Shown here in pieces: positions 28,754 to 39,102 of a DNA stretch of 64,000 bases. The translations under genes and the position numbers were made by a program. Each line of letters starts with the position of its first letter. Within the stretch, counting starts at the first letter, position 1. Source of the stretch: Lachnospiraceae bacterium (GTDB lineage Bacteria; Bacillota; Clostridia; Lachnospirales; Lachnospiraceae); contig JAIDPF010000091.1 in NCBI GenBank assembly GCA_029062895.1, positions 1,502 through 65,501 of the forward strand, written 5' to 3'. The notes below the pieces were generated by a model. The model did no database searches. It worked only from the letters and a program-made list of their open reading frames with translations, and was not told the DNA's origin.

Positions 28754-30190
28754 TTTTTGTCCTACAAGGTCGATCTGCCGCCACTTGCCCTGCCGGTAGC
28801 GGAGATAGGTCAGCAGCGCATTTAAAAGCCATGAGAACAGCAGGGAGAAAAAGAGAGCGTCAGGGTGTCCCTTCGGCCAGTCTTCCGAACTGTTCCACGC
28901 AGCAAGAAGATAAGCAAGGGGGACGCGTACTACAACCGTGGTGATAAGAGAAATTACCATGGTTGATAATGTATCTCCGGCGGCCCTTAAGATACCGCCA
29001 TAGATTTGGATGATTCCCATAGCAATATATCCTGCCGCGAGGATCTTTAACCCACGTCCGCCCAGTTCTACCACATATTGATATACGATAGGATCTGTAT
29101 TTTCTTCATTAATGAAGAAGGCGATAAACTGTTTGCCAAAAAGGAGCAGCGCAAGTACGATGACGGCTGAGACACAAAGAGTAAGGCAGAGCGCTGCACG
29201 TTCACCGGGTTTTAGTCTGTCTGTCCGTCCTGCGCCGATATTCTGACCGATATAAGTTGAGATTGCAAGTCCGAAGGTAAAAGCAGGCAGTACGGCAAAT
29301 CCATCTACACGCATGATGGCAGTATTGATGGCGGGAACAAAGTCCGCCATTTGATTGGTCAGGCTCTGCACCATGACAAGCGCAAGGGAGAAAATACCCT
29401 GTGTAATGCCGGAGGGAAGTCCAAGTTTTAATATTTTCTTACAAACGTCAAATTTGGGGATTAGGTTCTTTTTTGTGATTTCTACGATATCTTTCATCTG
29501 AAGAAGACGGACGATACATAAAAGTCCGGAGACGCCCTGGGCAAGGATGGTCGCCAAAGCAACGCCCTGCACTCCCATGCCGAGACCGGCCACAAACCAA
29601 AGATCCAAAACGATATTTAAACCGGCGGAAACCAGCAGGAAAATCAGTGGATAAAGGCTGTCGCCAAGTCCGCGGAGGATACCGGAGACAATATTATAGA
29701 AAGCCGCGCCGATGATTCCCCAAAAAATGATCTGCAGATAGGCAGCCGCCAGATCATAATATTTTGCCGGTGTGTTGATAAGAGTAAGCAAAGGGCGGGA
29801 AAGCGGAACTCCCGCTGCCGTAACAAGTAGGGCGGCAGTAAAAACCAGAGTAATGGAAGTGCCGACGCAGATAGAAAGGCGTTTTTTATCCTTTGCACCA
29901 AAATATTGCGCAACAAGAATCCCCACGCCGGTGGAGATCGCGATAAATAATACAAGCAGCAAATTAATGATCGGCGCAGACACTCCTACTGCGGAAAGAG
30001 CATCTATGCCATTGTAGCCGTTGCGCTCTATAGAGCAATATTTTCCTACGACCACAGAGTCAACTGTGGAATAGAGCTGCTGTGCCAGATTGCCGATCAA
30101 AAGAGGGATTGCAAATTTAGCAATCACTTTTATTGGACTGCCAACAGTCATATCCTGAGCGCCAAATAGGGAGTTAAGATTTTTCGGCAT
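28742..30190 (-). CDS. MATE family efflux transporter
   Basis: PLLIGNLAQQLYSTVD, LRGLGDS, NIVLD, GVALAT; RBS ggagg. Confidence 0.93.
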   Translation of the reverse strand: MPKNLNSLFGAQDMTVGSPIKVIAKFAIPLLIGNLAQQLYSTVDSVVVGKYCSIERNGYNGIDALSAVGVSAPIINLLLVLFIAISTGVGILVAQYFGAKDKKRLSICVGTSITLVFTAALLVTAAGVPLSRPLLTLINTPAKYYDLAAAYLQIIFWGIIGAAFYNIVSGILRGLGDSLYPLIFLLVSAGLNIVLDLWFVAGLGMGVQGVALATILAQGVSGLLCIVRLLQMKDIVEITKKNLIPKFDVCKKILKLGLPSGITQGIFSLALVMVQSLTNQMADFVPAINTAIMRVDGFAVLPAFTFGLAISTYIGQNIGAGRTDRLKPGERAALCLTLCVSAVIVLALLLFGKQFIAFFINEENTDPIVYQYVVELGGRGLKILAAGYIAMGIIQIYGGILRAAGDTLSTMVISLITTVVVRVPLAYLLAAWNSSEDWPKGHPDALFFSLLFSWLLNALLTYLRYRQGKWRQIDLVGQKSKH

Positions 30191-30342
30191 TTGAAACCTC
30201 CAAAATTATGTAATATAAGCGATACTTATCAATAATAGCGATAATAAAAAATATTGTCAAGGCTAGGTGTTGATAGAATAGAAAAAGTGGTTTAAAATAA
30301 AGATGAGTGTATATGGCGTTACGGAAAGGCATGGTTATTAAT

Positions 30343-31938
30343 ATGGGCTTCTTTAAAAAATTATCTGCTATTATAACGGCTTTGTTGGCATTATTTCTTC
30401 TGTTTATTATCATATGTGCGTTGAATCCCGATCTTTCTAAAAGGATAGGGAGTTCTCTTTTTCCGAAAGAGGATCAAACAGTATCTTTGAGCAGCAATTA
30501 TACGGACTTGCCGGTTCCCACCGTGGATGTCGTTTCAGCCAATGATACTGTTCAGGAGCCGGTTCAGACGCCGCTGTTTCCTGATTATAATGGGAATCAG
30601 AACGTAATCCCCAATGGAAATAACCAGCCTGCTTCTAATCAAACGCTGGACTGGGGCAGCACAGGAATAGCAAGAGATACTGCTTCCACTTATGTGGCGC
30701 CTAGCACGTCCGGTCTGACGATTCCAAGTACGGTAAGTGGCAAAAATGGGTATCAGCCGTTACAGGAAGAATACATACCAGTCAGCGACGCTCAGGCTGA
30801 GCAGATCCAGGATCAGCTTGGTACAGGATTTACTGGTGAAGGATTAACGTTTGATCCGTATTGGTATCCTTACTATGGTATGTTAGATGAGAGAGGGCAG
30901 CATATTTATTGCCAGATCTATGCCAATGCGAAAGAGCTGAACGCTGCATTTGTCCCGTTGGAACCGATTACGTCAGGTCAGCTGAAAAACGCACTGACCG
31001 CAGTGTATAACGACCATCCGGAGCTGTTCTGGCTGGATACGGCGTATTATAGTAAATATACTCCAGAAGGACAGTGTGCGGAGATTGGTTTACAATTTAA
31101 CCGCACGGCGCAGAATCTGGAAAGTGCAAAATCCTCTTTTGAAGAAAGTGCGAGGGAGATTCTTGACAAAGCACGGGGATTATCAAGTGATTATGCGAAA
31201 GAAGTATATGTTCATGATGCGCTGATAGATAATACCACCTATAATCTTAGGGCGGAAATGAATCAGAGCGCTTATAGCGCGCTGGTAAATGGACAGACGG
31301 TATGCGCCGGATACGCAAGGGCATTTCAATATCTGATGCAGCAGTTGAATATCCCATGCTATTATTGCGCAGGTTATGCCGGAGAAAGACATGCGTGGAA
31401 TATTATTGTATTGGATGACGGCTGTTATAATGTGGATACGACATGGGATGACGTCGGTGATGGCACTTATGATTATTTTAATAAAAATGATACGGATTAC
31501 GCAAGCAATCACGTAAGACAGGAGCTTTCCGTGTATCTGCCACCCTGTAATGGGCGGGCATACCGCAATCTGGAAAAGCCGCCGCAGACAGCTTCATCGA
31601 ATCAGACAACTTCGTCAAATCAGGCAGGAACATTAAGAACTTTGGCGGATGTCGGCGTATCGGAGTCGCAGGTCATTAAGGATATGGCAGTATATTATCA
31701 GAACTGCCATAATCAGATTTTGGCAAATGGAAAAGGGGATTATACCTTTTATAATGTGATAGAGGGAAGACAGCTGTTGACCAGATGGGAACAGGAAATA
31801 GATAATGGAACTTATAATGATGAATATATGACTGCAGTTATGGTAGAACTTGATGCCGGAGACTGCAAGATGCAGCTGCGGGTAGAGGAACTGCAAGGGG
31901 ACAGATATCTGATCACGCATCAGATATCGATCAACTAA
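30343..31938 (+). CDS. Membrane-anchored transglutaminase-domain protein
   Basis: N-terminal TM, low-complexity linker, VCAGYA / HAWN / VDTTWD triad (Cys-His-Asp); start moved to ATG 30343. Confidence 0.85.
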   Translation: MGFFKKLSAIITALLALFLLFIIICALNPDLSKRIGSSLFPKEDQTVSLSSNYTDLPVPTVDVVSANDTVQEPVQTPLFPDYNGNQNVIPNGNNQPASNQTLDWGSTGIARDTASTYVAPSTSGLTIPSTVSGKNGYQPLQEEYIPVSDAQAEQIQDQLGTGFTGEGLTFDPYWYPYYGMLDERGQHIYCQIYANAKELNAAFVPLEPITSGQLKNALTAVYNDHPELFWLDTAYYSKYTPEGQCAEIGLQFNRTAQNLESAKSSFEESAREILDKARGLSSDYAKEVYVHDALIDNTTYNLRAEMNQSAYSALVNGQTVCAGYARAFQYLMQQLNIPCYYCAGYAGERHAWNIIVLDDGCYNVDTTWDDVGDGTYDYFNKNDTDYASNHVRQELSVYLPPCNGRAYRNLEKPPQTASSNQTTSSNQAGTLRTLADVGVSESQVIKDMAVYYQNCHNQILANGKGDYTFYNVIEGRQLLTRWEQEIDNGTYNDEYMTAVMVELDAGDCKMQLRVEELQGDRYLITHQISIN

Positions 31939-31952
31939 AAAGGAGAACGAAA

Positions 31953-32864
31953 ATGTCTGAATTAAGCGAATCTATCAGAAAAAGCTTCCAAGAGGGAGAC
32001 GATATCAGGGATGCGGGATTGACCGCACCGGAGGATATTAAGAGGTTTGATGATATTTTATATGGCAGTGATACAAAGTGGCAGCTTCTTGATGTCTATC
32101 GTCCAAGTGCTTCGGAAGGAAGGAAGTTGCCTGTGATCGTCAGCGTTCATGGCGGCGCATGGGTATATGGTGATAAAGAGCGTTATCAGTATTATTGCAT
32201 GAGCCTTGCCCAGCATGGATTTGCAGTGGTGAACTTTACTTATCGTCTTGCGCCGGAATATAAATTCCCCAGTCAGCTTGAGGATACAAACAGCGTGTTT
32301 GCATGGGTTTTGGAGCATGCGGAAGAATATGAATTTGACACACGATACATATTTGCGGTAGGAGATTCTGCAGGAGCCCATCTTCTGAGTCTTTATTCCG
32401 CCATCTGTACCAATGAGGAATATGCGAAGAATTATGATTTGCAGATTCCGAAAGGCTTTGTGCCAACAGCGATTGCGCTGAACTGCGGCATCTATAATAT
32501 GGATGATGCAGAGAAAAGGGAGGAGTTTACTTTTTCTATCATGGAGGACCTGCTTCCCAAACAGGGGACACCGGAGGAATTAAAGCTTGTTTCCCCGGAA
32601 AGATACGTCACAGCTCATTTTCCACCCACCTATCTAATGACGGCAAGCGGCGACTTTTTGAAAAAGCATACGCCATATATGGCAGAACGCCTGACGGAAC
32701 AGGAAGTGGAGTTTGAATATCATTTTTATGGAAATTCTGAAAAGGTGTTGGGGCATGTATTCCATGTGAATATGAAGTTGGAAGACGCTGTCAGGTGTAA
32801 TAAGGAGGAATGTGAGTTTTTTAAGAAATATATGAATGAAAAAGACTCTTGCAAGGAAACCTAA
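31953..32864 (+). CDS. Alpha/beta hydrolase (HSL-like esterase)
   Basis: HGGAW, YRLAPE, GDSAG, HVF. Confidence 0.92.
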   Translation: MSELSESIRKSFQEGDDIRDAGLTAPEDIKRFDDILYGSDTKWQLLDVYRPSASEGRKLPVIVSVHGGAWVYGDKERYQYYCMSLAQHGFAVVNFTYRLAPEYKFPSQLEDTNSVFAWVLEHAEEYEFDTRYIFAVGDSAGAHLLSLYSAICTNEEYAKNYDLQIPKGFVPTAIALNCGIYNMDDAEKREEFTFSIMEDLLPKQGTPEELKLVSPERYVTAHFPPTYLMTASGDFLKKHTPYMAERLTEQEVEFEYHFYGNSEKVLGHVFHVNMKLEDAVRCNKEECEFFKKYMNEKDSCKET

Positions 32865-32941
32865 AATATTATAATATATTCTGCAGAAATAGTTTCATAT
32901 GTTTTTTAAAGCACGGAGGTAAACTGTTCATTAGAAACGGT

Positions 32942-32994
32942 AAACCGGATAAGGCGCAGGTTGAGATACCTGTTTCTTATCCGGTTTTATTTTT
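32942..32994 (+). terminator. Terminator hairpin abutting the MATE RBS
   Basis: aaaccggataag/cttatccggttt with inner caggt/acctg, then tattttt and aggagg. Confidence 0.75.
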
Positions 32995-33006
32995 AGGAGG
33001 ATGAAA

Positions 33007-34329
33007 ATGGACTTTTTAAAGGATAATATCAGATCGATCTACTTTAAGTATCTTGCTGCTTCCTTTGGCAGCACGCTGATAACGTCAATCTATGGTATTG
33101 TGGATATGGCTATGGTAGGGCAGTACCACGGATCTGAGGGTTCGGCGGCTTTAGCAGTGGTAGCGCCTATATGGAACATTATTTATAGTCTGGGACTTCT
33201 TATGGGAATAGGAGGTTCGGTGCTTTTTAATACTGCAAGAGGTTTGGGTGGAGATGCAGAAAAAAGGTCTAATGAATATTTTACCGTCTCACTGATAGGC
33301 TCAACGATTCTTTCGGTTATTGTGTGGCTAGGTGTCATATTCTTTGACAAAGAGCTTTTGACGATGTTTGGCGCAGAGGATAATACCCTTTTTCTTGCAA
33401 GGGAATATGTATTCCCGATTAAATTTGCCATACCGTTTTTCCTGTTTAATCAGATGCTGACGGCGTATATCCGCAGCGACAAAAATCCGACCCTTGCTAC
33501 AGTGGCGGTTTTAGCGGGTGGTCTTTTTAATGTCTTTGGGGATTATTTTTTCGTTTTTGTTTGCGATATGGGCGCAAAGGGCGCAGGCGTTGCAACAGCA
33601 GCGGGTTCTGTGATTACCTGTGCAGTTATGCTTTTTCACTTTTTCAGCAAAAAAAATACGCTTCGGTTGACTGTGCCAAAGGGCCTTTTCAAGAAGCTGA
33701 AAGAGATTTCCATAACAGGATTTGCAACGTTTTTTATAGATGTTGCCATGGGTATTCTTACGATCATATTTAACCGCCAGATCATGAAATATCTTGATAC
33801 AAACGCCTTGGCAGTTTATGGTGTTATCGTAAATATCAGCACCTTTGTACAATGTTGTGCCTATAGCGTGGGACAAGCGGCGCAGCCTGTGATATCTACA
33901 AATTTTGGTGCAGGAAACGGCGGACGTATTCGTCAGACCCTGCGTTACGCATTGGGAACAGCGGCATTTTTTGGTATATTGTGGACAGCGCTTAGTATAC
34001 TGTTACCGAATATGTTTATTCGTATTTTTATGACCCCTACGCCTAAGGTCTTGCAAATTGCTCCATCGATCTTTCGGCGTTACGGTATTTCTTTTATACT
34101 GCTCCCGCTCAATGTTTTTTCTACCTATTATTTTCAGGCGCTTATGAAACCGAAAATTTCCTTTATAGCTTCCGTAGCAAGAGGAATGTTGATCAGCGGT
34201 ATTATGCTGTATATACTGCCTGTTTTGGCAGGGGCAGATTCCATATGGTTTGCAATGCCGATCACCGAGTTGGTTGTTGCGGTATATACTTCGATCTATA
34301 TTTTCCAATGTACAAAAAAATTGGCTTAA
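33007..34329 (+). CDS. MATE family efflux transporter
   Basis: SIYGIVD, YIRSDKNP, NVFGDY, GAGVAT, FAMPITE; ATG 33007 is properly spaced from aggagg. Confidence 0.92.
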   Translation: MDFLKDNIRSIYFKYLAASFGSTLITSIYGIVDMAMVGQYHGSEGSAALAVVAPIWNIIYSLGLLMGIGGSVLFNTARGLGGDAEKRSNEYFTVSLIGSTILSVIVWLGVIFFDKELLTMFGAEDNTLFLAREYVFPIKFAIPFFLFNQMLTAYIRSDKNPTLATVAVLAGGLFNVFGDYFFVFVCDMGAKGAGVATAAGSVITCAVMLFHFFSKKNTLRLTVPKGLFKKLKEISITGFATFFIDVAMGILTIIFNRQIMKYLDTNALAVYGVIVNISTFVQCCAYSVGQAAQPVISTNFGAGNGGRIRQTLRYALGTAAFFGILWTALSILLPNMFIRIFMTPTPKVLQIAPSIFRRYGISFILLPLNVFSTYYFQALMKPKISFIASVARGMLISGIMLYILPVLAGADSIWFAMPITELVVAVYTSIYIFQCTKKLA

Positions 34330-34372
34330 TGTTATTTCATATCGCTGCAGCAACATTGCATAAATTTGTCCA

Positions 34373-35191
34373 TTATTTTGGGATGCCCTTGTTTTTGGCA
34401 TAATCCGTAAGAAATAAAAGAAAAGCAATGATAAGCAGTATAAATATGGTGAGGATGTCCCAGATATCTGCTCTTGGCTCGGAAAGCAGTTTTGATAATG
34501 TGACATTAATACAAATGTTTAATGGAATGGCAAGCAGAACACTGATTCCGGCGGCACGGAATTTTCTGGTGTGCAGACGGCAGGAAACAAAATATATGAT
34601 CCAAAGGTATACAATGGATATAAGTGACATACGCCAGCCGATGGTGAATACTGCCGGTACATTGATCAGGATGCCCAATAGATAAAGATAGGGAATGAGA
34701 AAAATACTCAGTGCTATCAGACTTCCGGTGATGCCTTTTTTCCAAAGTATAACTATAGGAAAAGAGATAACATAAGTGAAAATGATAGAACTTAATGTAA
34801 TGGTAGACCAAGTCAATTCTCCTGTAATGGCAACATCGCATATAGAGCAGATTACGATTCCAAGAAAAAGAACAACAGAATAAATGATGGCAAACAAAAC
34901 ATTTTTTTTGTTGCTGTTTTCATCTTTTCTTTTCAGAATCATTAAATTTTCCTCTGCACTTTGCGTATAAGCGTCCGTATCCATTCGTTCGCCGCTTAAT
35001 AATTCATTCACTTTGATCCCTAATATTTCACATAGTTCCAGCATAATGGAGGAATCCGGCATACTCTTTCCGTTTTCCCATTTGGATACGGCTCTATCCG
35101 TAATGTTTAGTTTTTCTGCCAGTTGTGCCTGAGTAAGCTGCTGCTCCTTACGGCATGTGGCAATAAATGCTCCGATTTTGATCTGATCCAT
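34373..35191 (-). CDS. XRE-family HTH regulator with C-terminal membrane domain
   Basis: MDQIKIGAFIATCRK..LTQAQLAEKLNITDRAVSKWENGKSMPD, then about six TM segments; promoter TTGACA-17-TATACT on the minus strand at 35273-35301. Confidence 0.9.
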   Translation of the reverse strand: MDQIKIGAFIATCRKEQQLTQAQLAEKLNITDRAVSKWENGKSMPDSSIMLELCEILGIKVNELLSGERMDTDAYTQSAEENLMILKRKDENSNKKNVLFAIIYSVVLFLGIVICSICDVAITGELTWSTITLSSIIFTYVISFPIVILWKKGITGSLIALSIFLIPYLYLLGILINVPAVFTIGWRMSLISIVYLWIIYFVSCRLHTRKFRAAGISVLLAIPLNICINVTLSKLLSEPRADIWDILTIFILLIIAFLLFLTDYAKNKGIPK

Positions 35192-35398
35192 AATAATCCT
35201 CATTTCTGCGTATTCGTATTTTTATAAAAGTTTGAATTTTCTATATACAAGATTACAATTTTTTCATGGATAAGTATACAAACCAGTGGTTGAGTTGTCA
35301 AAAACCATTAAAATAGGTTATAATTTTACTAACAAAATTTAAGTTTGTGAAGTAGTTAAAAAGCAGAGAATATTTTTTAATGTATTAAGGAATTGCAA

Positions 35399-35947
35399 AT
35401 GATATATTATATCTTTAGATTTTTTATTATTATATTGATATTGTTTCCGTTCTATCTGATCTTTCGTCGCCCGTGGAAGAAAGATTGGGAAAGGGAATGT
35501 GTGCTTGGCGTTTTTGTTTTATTTACTTTGGGGCTTCTTGTTCTTGTGCTGGAAGGGAATTATCAGAATCCTTTTCAGATGGTTCGATATGCCGGATGGC
35601 GGATTTCTTCCGGATATGGCATTAATCTGATTCCTTTCCGCACGATCAGAGGATATTTTCGGCATTTTATTTTTAGTATATTTATGGTGAATATTGTGGG
35701 GAATATCGTGATGTTCATTCCATGGGGATTCGGACTGCCTCTTTTATGGAAAAAAAGACAGTCCGTTCCCTCGGTTGTTCTTTTCTCTGCGCTGCTTCCG
35801 CTTTTCATTGAAACCGTGCAGCTTTTTATAGGAAGAAGCGTCGATGTGGATGATCTGATCCTAAATTTTGCAGGCGGTTTAATAGGCGGTTTTGGCTATT
35901 TACTTATCAGACACAAGATTGAGAAAGCGGATAGATTTTCCCGCTGA
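35399..35947 (+). CDS. VanZ family protein
   Basis: NLIPFRTI, GNIVMFIPWG, IETVQLFIGRSVDVDDLILN. Confidence 0.9.
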   Translation: MIYYIFRFFIIILILFPFYLIFRRPWKKDWERECVLGVFVLFTLGLLVLVLEGNYQNPFQMVRYAGWRISSGYGINLIPFRTIRGYFRHFIFSIFMVNIVGNIVMFIPWGFGLPLLWKKRQSVPSVVLFSALLPLFIETVQLFIGRSVDVDDLILNFAGGLIGGFGYLLIRHKIEKADRFSR

Positions 35948-36081
35948 CGCGTTCTATGCGTTCCTTTTTGCTCCTGCATTTTCTATGTATCTGCAGAATT
36001 TGCTGCAAATTTTCCGGGCTGCTATAATCTATTCAATGTTCATAGAGATGTTTGGAAGTTTAAAATGTCGGAAATAGACTC

Positions 36082-36140
36082 TTGACAAGAGGGTTTACAA
36101 GATGTAAACTCATGATAAAGGTTTACATCTTGTAAACCTT
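36082..36140 (+). promoter_or_regulatory. Promoter with two BlaI/MecI-type operators
   Basis: TTGACA (36082)-17-TAAACT; palindromes gtttacaagatgtaaac (36093-36109) and aaggtttacatcttgtaaacctt (36118-36140) with TACA/TGTA cores. Confidence 0.85.
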
Positions 36141-36186
36141 TGCGATTGATACAGATTAGGGTATAAGAACATCTGAGGAGGCAAGA

Positions 36187-36555
36187 ATGATTATGAGTGA
36201 TAAGAAATTGGGCGCTATAGAAGCCAGATTCGCAGATATGATATGGGAGAATGAACCGGTAGGCTCAGGAGATCTTGTGGCAATGTGCGCCAGAACATTG
36301 AATTGGAAGAAATCGACTACATATACCGTATTAAGGAGGCTGTGCGAAAGGGGAATCTTCCAGAACCGGGAGGGAATCGTTACATCCCTGATTTCCAGAC
36401 AGGATTATTATGCGATCCAGAGTGAACAGTTTATTGAAGAGACGTTTTCGGGATCGCTGCCGGGATTTCTTGCATCATTTACCACAAGAAAAAAACTTTC
36501 TGAACAGGAAATAGAGGAACTGGAACGGTTGATAGAAGAGAATAGGAGGAGATAG
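36187..36555 (+). CDS. BlaI/MecI/CopY family repressor
   Basis: FADMIWENEP, WKKSTTYTVLRRLCERG, FSGSLPGFLASF, LSEQEIEEL. Confidence 0.92.
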   Translation: MIMSDKKLGAIEARFADMIWENEPVGSGDLVAMCARTLNWKKSTTYTVLRRLCERGIFQNREGIVTSLISRQDYYAIQSEQFIEETFSGSLPGFLASFTTRKKLSEQEIEELERLIEENRRR

Positions 36556-36557
36556 CT

Positions 36558-39053
36558 ATGTTGTTGGAAATATTGTCTAGAATCGTCAATATGAGTATGA
36601 CTGCCAGTATCGTGATCATAGCAGTGCTCCTGCTTCGACTGGTGTTAAGAAAAGCGCCGAAAGTATATTCTTATCTGCTGTGGTTTATTGTTTTATTCCG
36701 GTTGCTTTGCCCGGTATCCATATCTTCCGCGGTATCCCTGATGGGGATGTTTGATACTCCGGTAACGGAAGATGGAGTGATCACCTATATTCCTTATGCA
36801 GACAATCTTGGACGGGAAATAACGGCGGTAAACTTTGAAATCATCCCTGACGGATTTGCTTCAGAGGAAATGTACGGGGTGGAAAAAATGGAAACGACAT
36901 TTGATCTACGGGCGATCCTTGCTGTGACGGGAGGGACATTATGGAGTGTCGGTGTTGTAGTATTGCTTATATATAGCATATTTAGTCTGGTACGACTTAA
37001 AAAAAATCTGGTGGGTTCCGTGAAATTAGATGATGGGATTTATCGTGCGGATCATATTGTGACGCCTTTTGTTATGGGCATTATATATCCACGGATCTAT
37101 CTTCCGTCTGATCTTACGGAAACAGAAAAAGATTATATTCTGATGCATGAAAAGCACCATATCAAAAGAGGCGATCATATCTTTAAAATATTATTTTATG
37201 TGACATTATGCGTATATTGGTTTAATCCTCTGGTTTGGGTCGCGTTTTATTTGTTTGTAAAGGATATGGAGATGAGCTGTGATGAGGCGGTAATGAACCA
37301 TATGACGGAGGATATCCGTGCAGAGTATTCCAGTTCCTTATTATGTCTTGCAACAGGACGGCGCATGATGACAGGTGTACCGCTTGCTTTTGGGGAGGGT
37401 GATACCGGTGACAGAATAAAGAATATTTTAAATTGGAAGAGACCGAGAGTATGGGTGGCTTTGGCGGCAGTTGTGTTGGTTCTGACAGCAGTGGTCGTTC
37501 TTAGTACTAATCCAGAGGCATCTGATGGAAACGGGGAAGAGGTAAATGACACTGTATTTGAAGAAACTGAAGAAACGGGTGTATATACATCTGTAGAGGA
37601 TGCTCTGAGGGCGGCAGTGATCAATTATAACCAGACCTATGCTGTTCCTGCGGATTTTCATTGCGCATCTGTAGCTGTTTTAATTGCCGTCTATGGACAG
37701 CAAGGAGACAATTTGTCGACGGTAGATTATTATGTCTATTCCTTATATAAAGATATGGATCTTAGCGAAGACGGTATAAGGGAACTGGTAACCGTTTCTG
37801 TACCGATGATCATCACGCTCACTACGGATGCGGATGGAGGATATCATATTGAAGAAGATGGTGTGACTTCAGTAAATGAATTCACAGGCGAGGATTATGA
37901 AAAATATATGGAGGAAAATTATCCGGAATTGAATGTAGCGGAAGGATCCCGGGTGCTTTCTAATCTGTATGAAAAGGTTTTATGCATGGATTGTCATGCC
38001 CAGGCGGTGGAATACGGACAGTTGGATACGGATGCCATTATAGGTGGACTGGTTGATTATATTGCAGAAGAACCGCTGGTATCATCGTCAACGCAGGAAT
38101 ATATAAGTCATTCGCCGGTGGAATATCGGGAGCTTATTTATTATGGAAAGTATACGATAGCCTATGCGGAAGCATACAGGCAGACAGGGGTAACAGATCT
38201 GAAGATGGCAATTTTAGATTGCGCAGAGGCGGAAATCCGTACGTATATTGAGAGAACTGATGAAGCGAAGCAGGAACAGAGCGAAAGTAATGATACGATT
38301 GCCGGGCAAGAACGGAACGAGCTGATGGAACTACAGGAACAGCTTAACGAGCATATTGCCATCGTTGAGCAGGAACGGAACGAGCTTAATTCACAATTGG
38401 AACAGATTGAAGGAATGATTGATATCACCGAGCAGGAGCGGAGCGCGCTGATTACGCAACTGGAACAGATTGACGAGCAAATTTCGCAATTGGAACAGTA
38501 TGATGAGCTGATTGCCGTCACAGAGCAGGAACGAAACGAACTGATTGCGCAACTGGAACAGATTGATGAGTTGATTGCCATCACCGAGCAGGAGCTTAAC
38601 AGGCTGATGGCACAAAAGGAACAGCTTGACGAACTCATTGAGGTGCAGGTGCAGAATAATATTCTTTTGGATGCCATGGTATGGCCGACGACGGGCAGCA
38701 CCATATCCCAAGCCTATGGGAACTTGCAGAGATTTGACGGAGAAACCTATTTTTCAGACCATATCTGTATTGCAGGCGAGGAGGGAGATCCGGTCTATGC
38801 CGCTATGGATGGCGTAGTAGAAGAGACAGGATATACTGCGGATTATGGTAATTATATTGTGATTCTTGGCGGTGATGAAATCAGGACAAGATATGGATAT
38901 CTTAAATCAGTTGAAGTTACGGAGGGGACACAGGTCGCAGTGGGGGAAGAAATTGGAACGGTAGGAAGAACCGGAAGAGTCACCGGCAACTGTCTGGGCT
39001 TTGCCATAACGGATCATGGTGTTCCCATAGATCCGTCAGGCATTGCAAGGTGA
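36558..39053 (+). CDS. BlaR1-like M56 metallopeptidase sensor fused to a coiled-coil repeat and a degenerate M23 domain
   Basis: M56 HEKHH and EMSCDE; second TM region; C-terminal M23 fold (PVYAAMDGVV, GNYIVI, G..IG.VGRTG) lacking the Zn ligands. Confidence 0.85.
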   Translation: MLLEILSRIVNMSMTASIVIIAVLLLRLVLRKAPKVYSYLLWFIVLFRLLCPVSISSAVSLMGMFDTPVTEDGVITYIPYADNLGREITAVNFEIIPDGFASEEMYGVEKMETTFDLRAILAVTGGTLWSVGVVVLLIYSIFSLVRLKKNLVGSVKLDDGIYRADHIVTPFVMGIIYPRIYLPSDLTETEKDYILMHEKHHIKRGDHIFKILFYVTLCVYWFNPLVWVAFYLFVKDMEMSCDEAVMNHMTEDIRAEYSSSLLCLATGRRMMTGVPLAFGEGDTGDRIKNILNWKRPRVWVALAAVVLVLTAVVVLSTNPEASDGNGEEVNDTVFEETEETGVYTSVEDALRAAVINYNQTYAVPADFHCASVAVLIAVYGQQGDNLSTVDYYVYSLYKDMDLSEDGIRELVTVSVPMIITLTTDADGGYHIEEDGVTSVNEFTGEDYEKYMEENYPELNVAEGSRVLSNLYEKVLCMDCHAQAVEYGQLDTDAIIGGLVDYIAEEPLVSSSTQEYISHSPVEYRELIYYGKYTIAYAEAYRQTGVTDLKMAILDCAEAEIRTYIERTDEAKQEQSESNDTIAGQERNELMELQEQLNEHIAIVEQERNELNSQLEQIEGMIDITEQERSALITQLEQIDEQISQLEQYDELIAVTEQERNELIAQLEQIDELIAITEQELNRLMAQKEQLDELIEVQVQNNILLDAMVWPTTGSTISQAYGNLQRFDGETYFSDHICIAGEEGDPVYAAMDGVVEETGYTADYGNYIVILGGDEIRTRYGYLKSVEVTEGTQVAVGEEIGTVGRTGRVTGNCLGFAITDHGVPIDPSGIAR
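38304..38648 (+). repeat. Intragenic tandem repeat, five 63-bp units (one expanded)
   Basis: Units of the type EQERNELIAQLEQIDELIAIT, lengths 21, 21, 31, 21, 21 aa. Confidence 0.85.
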
Positions 39054-39102
39054 CTGATGGTATCTTAATTTATCTATTTACATATGGCAGGCAAAGCGGA
39101 CA

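Noticed and set aside
35945-36020. Small hairpins after vanZ (aatttgc-t-gcaaatt)
   Set aside because: Too short and weak to assign to the repeat family or call a terminator.
38304-38648. Possible CRISPR-like repeat
   Set aside because: Degenerate coding repeat of a coiled coil.
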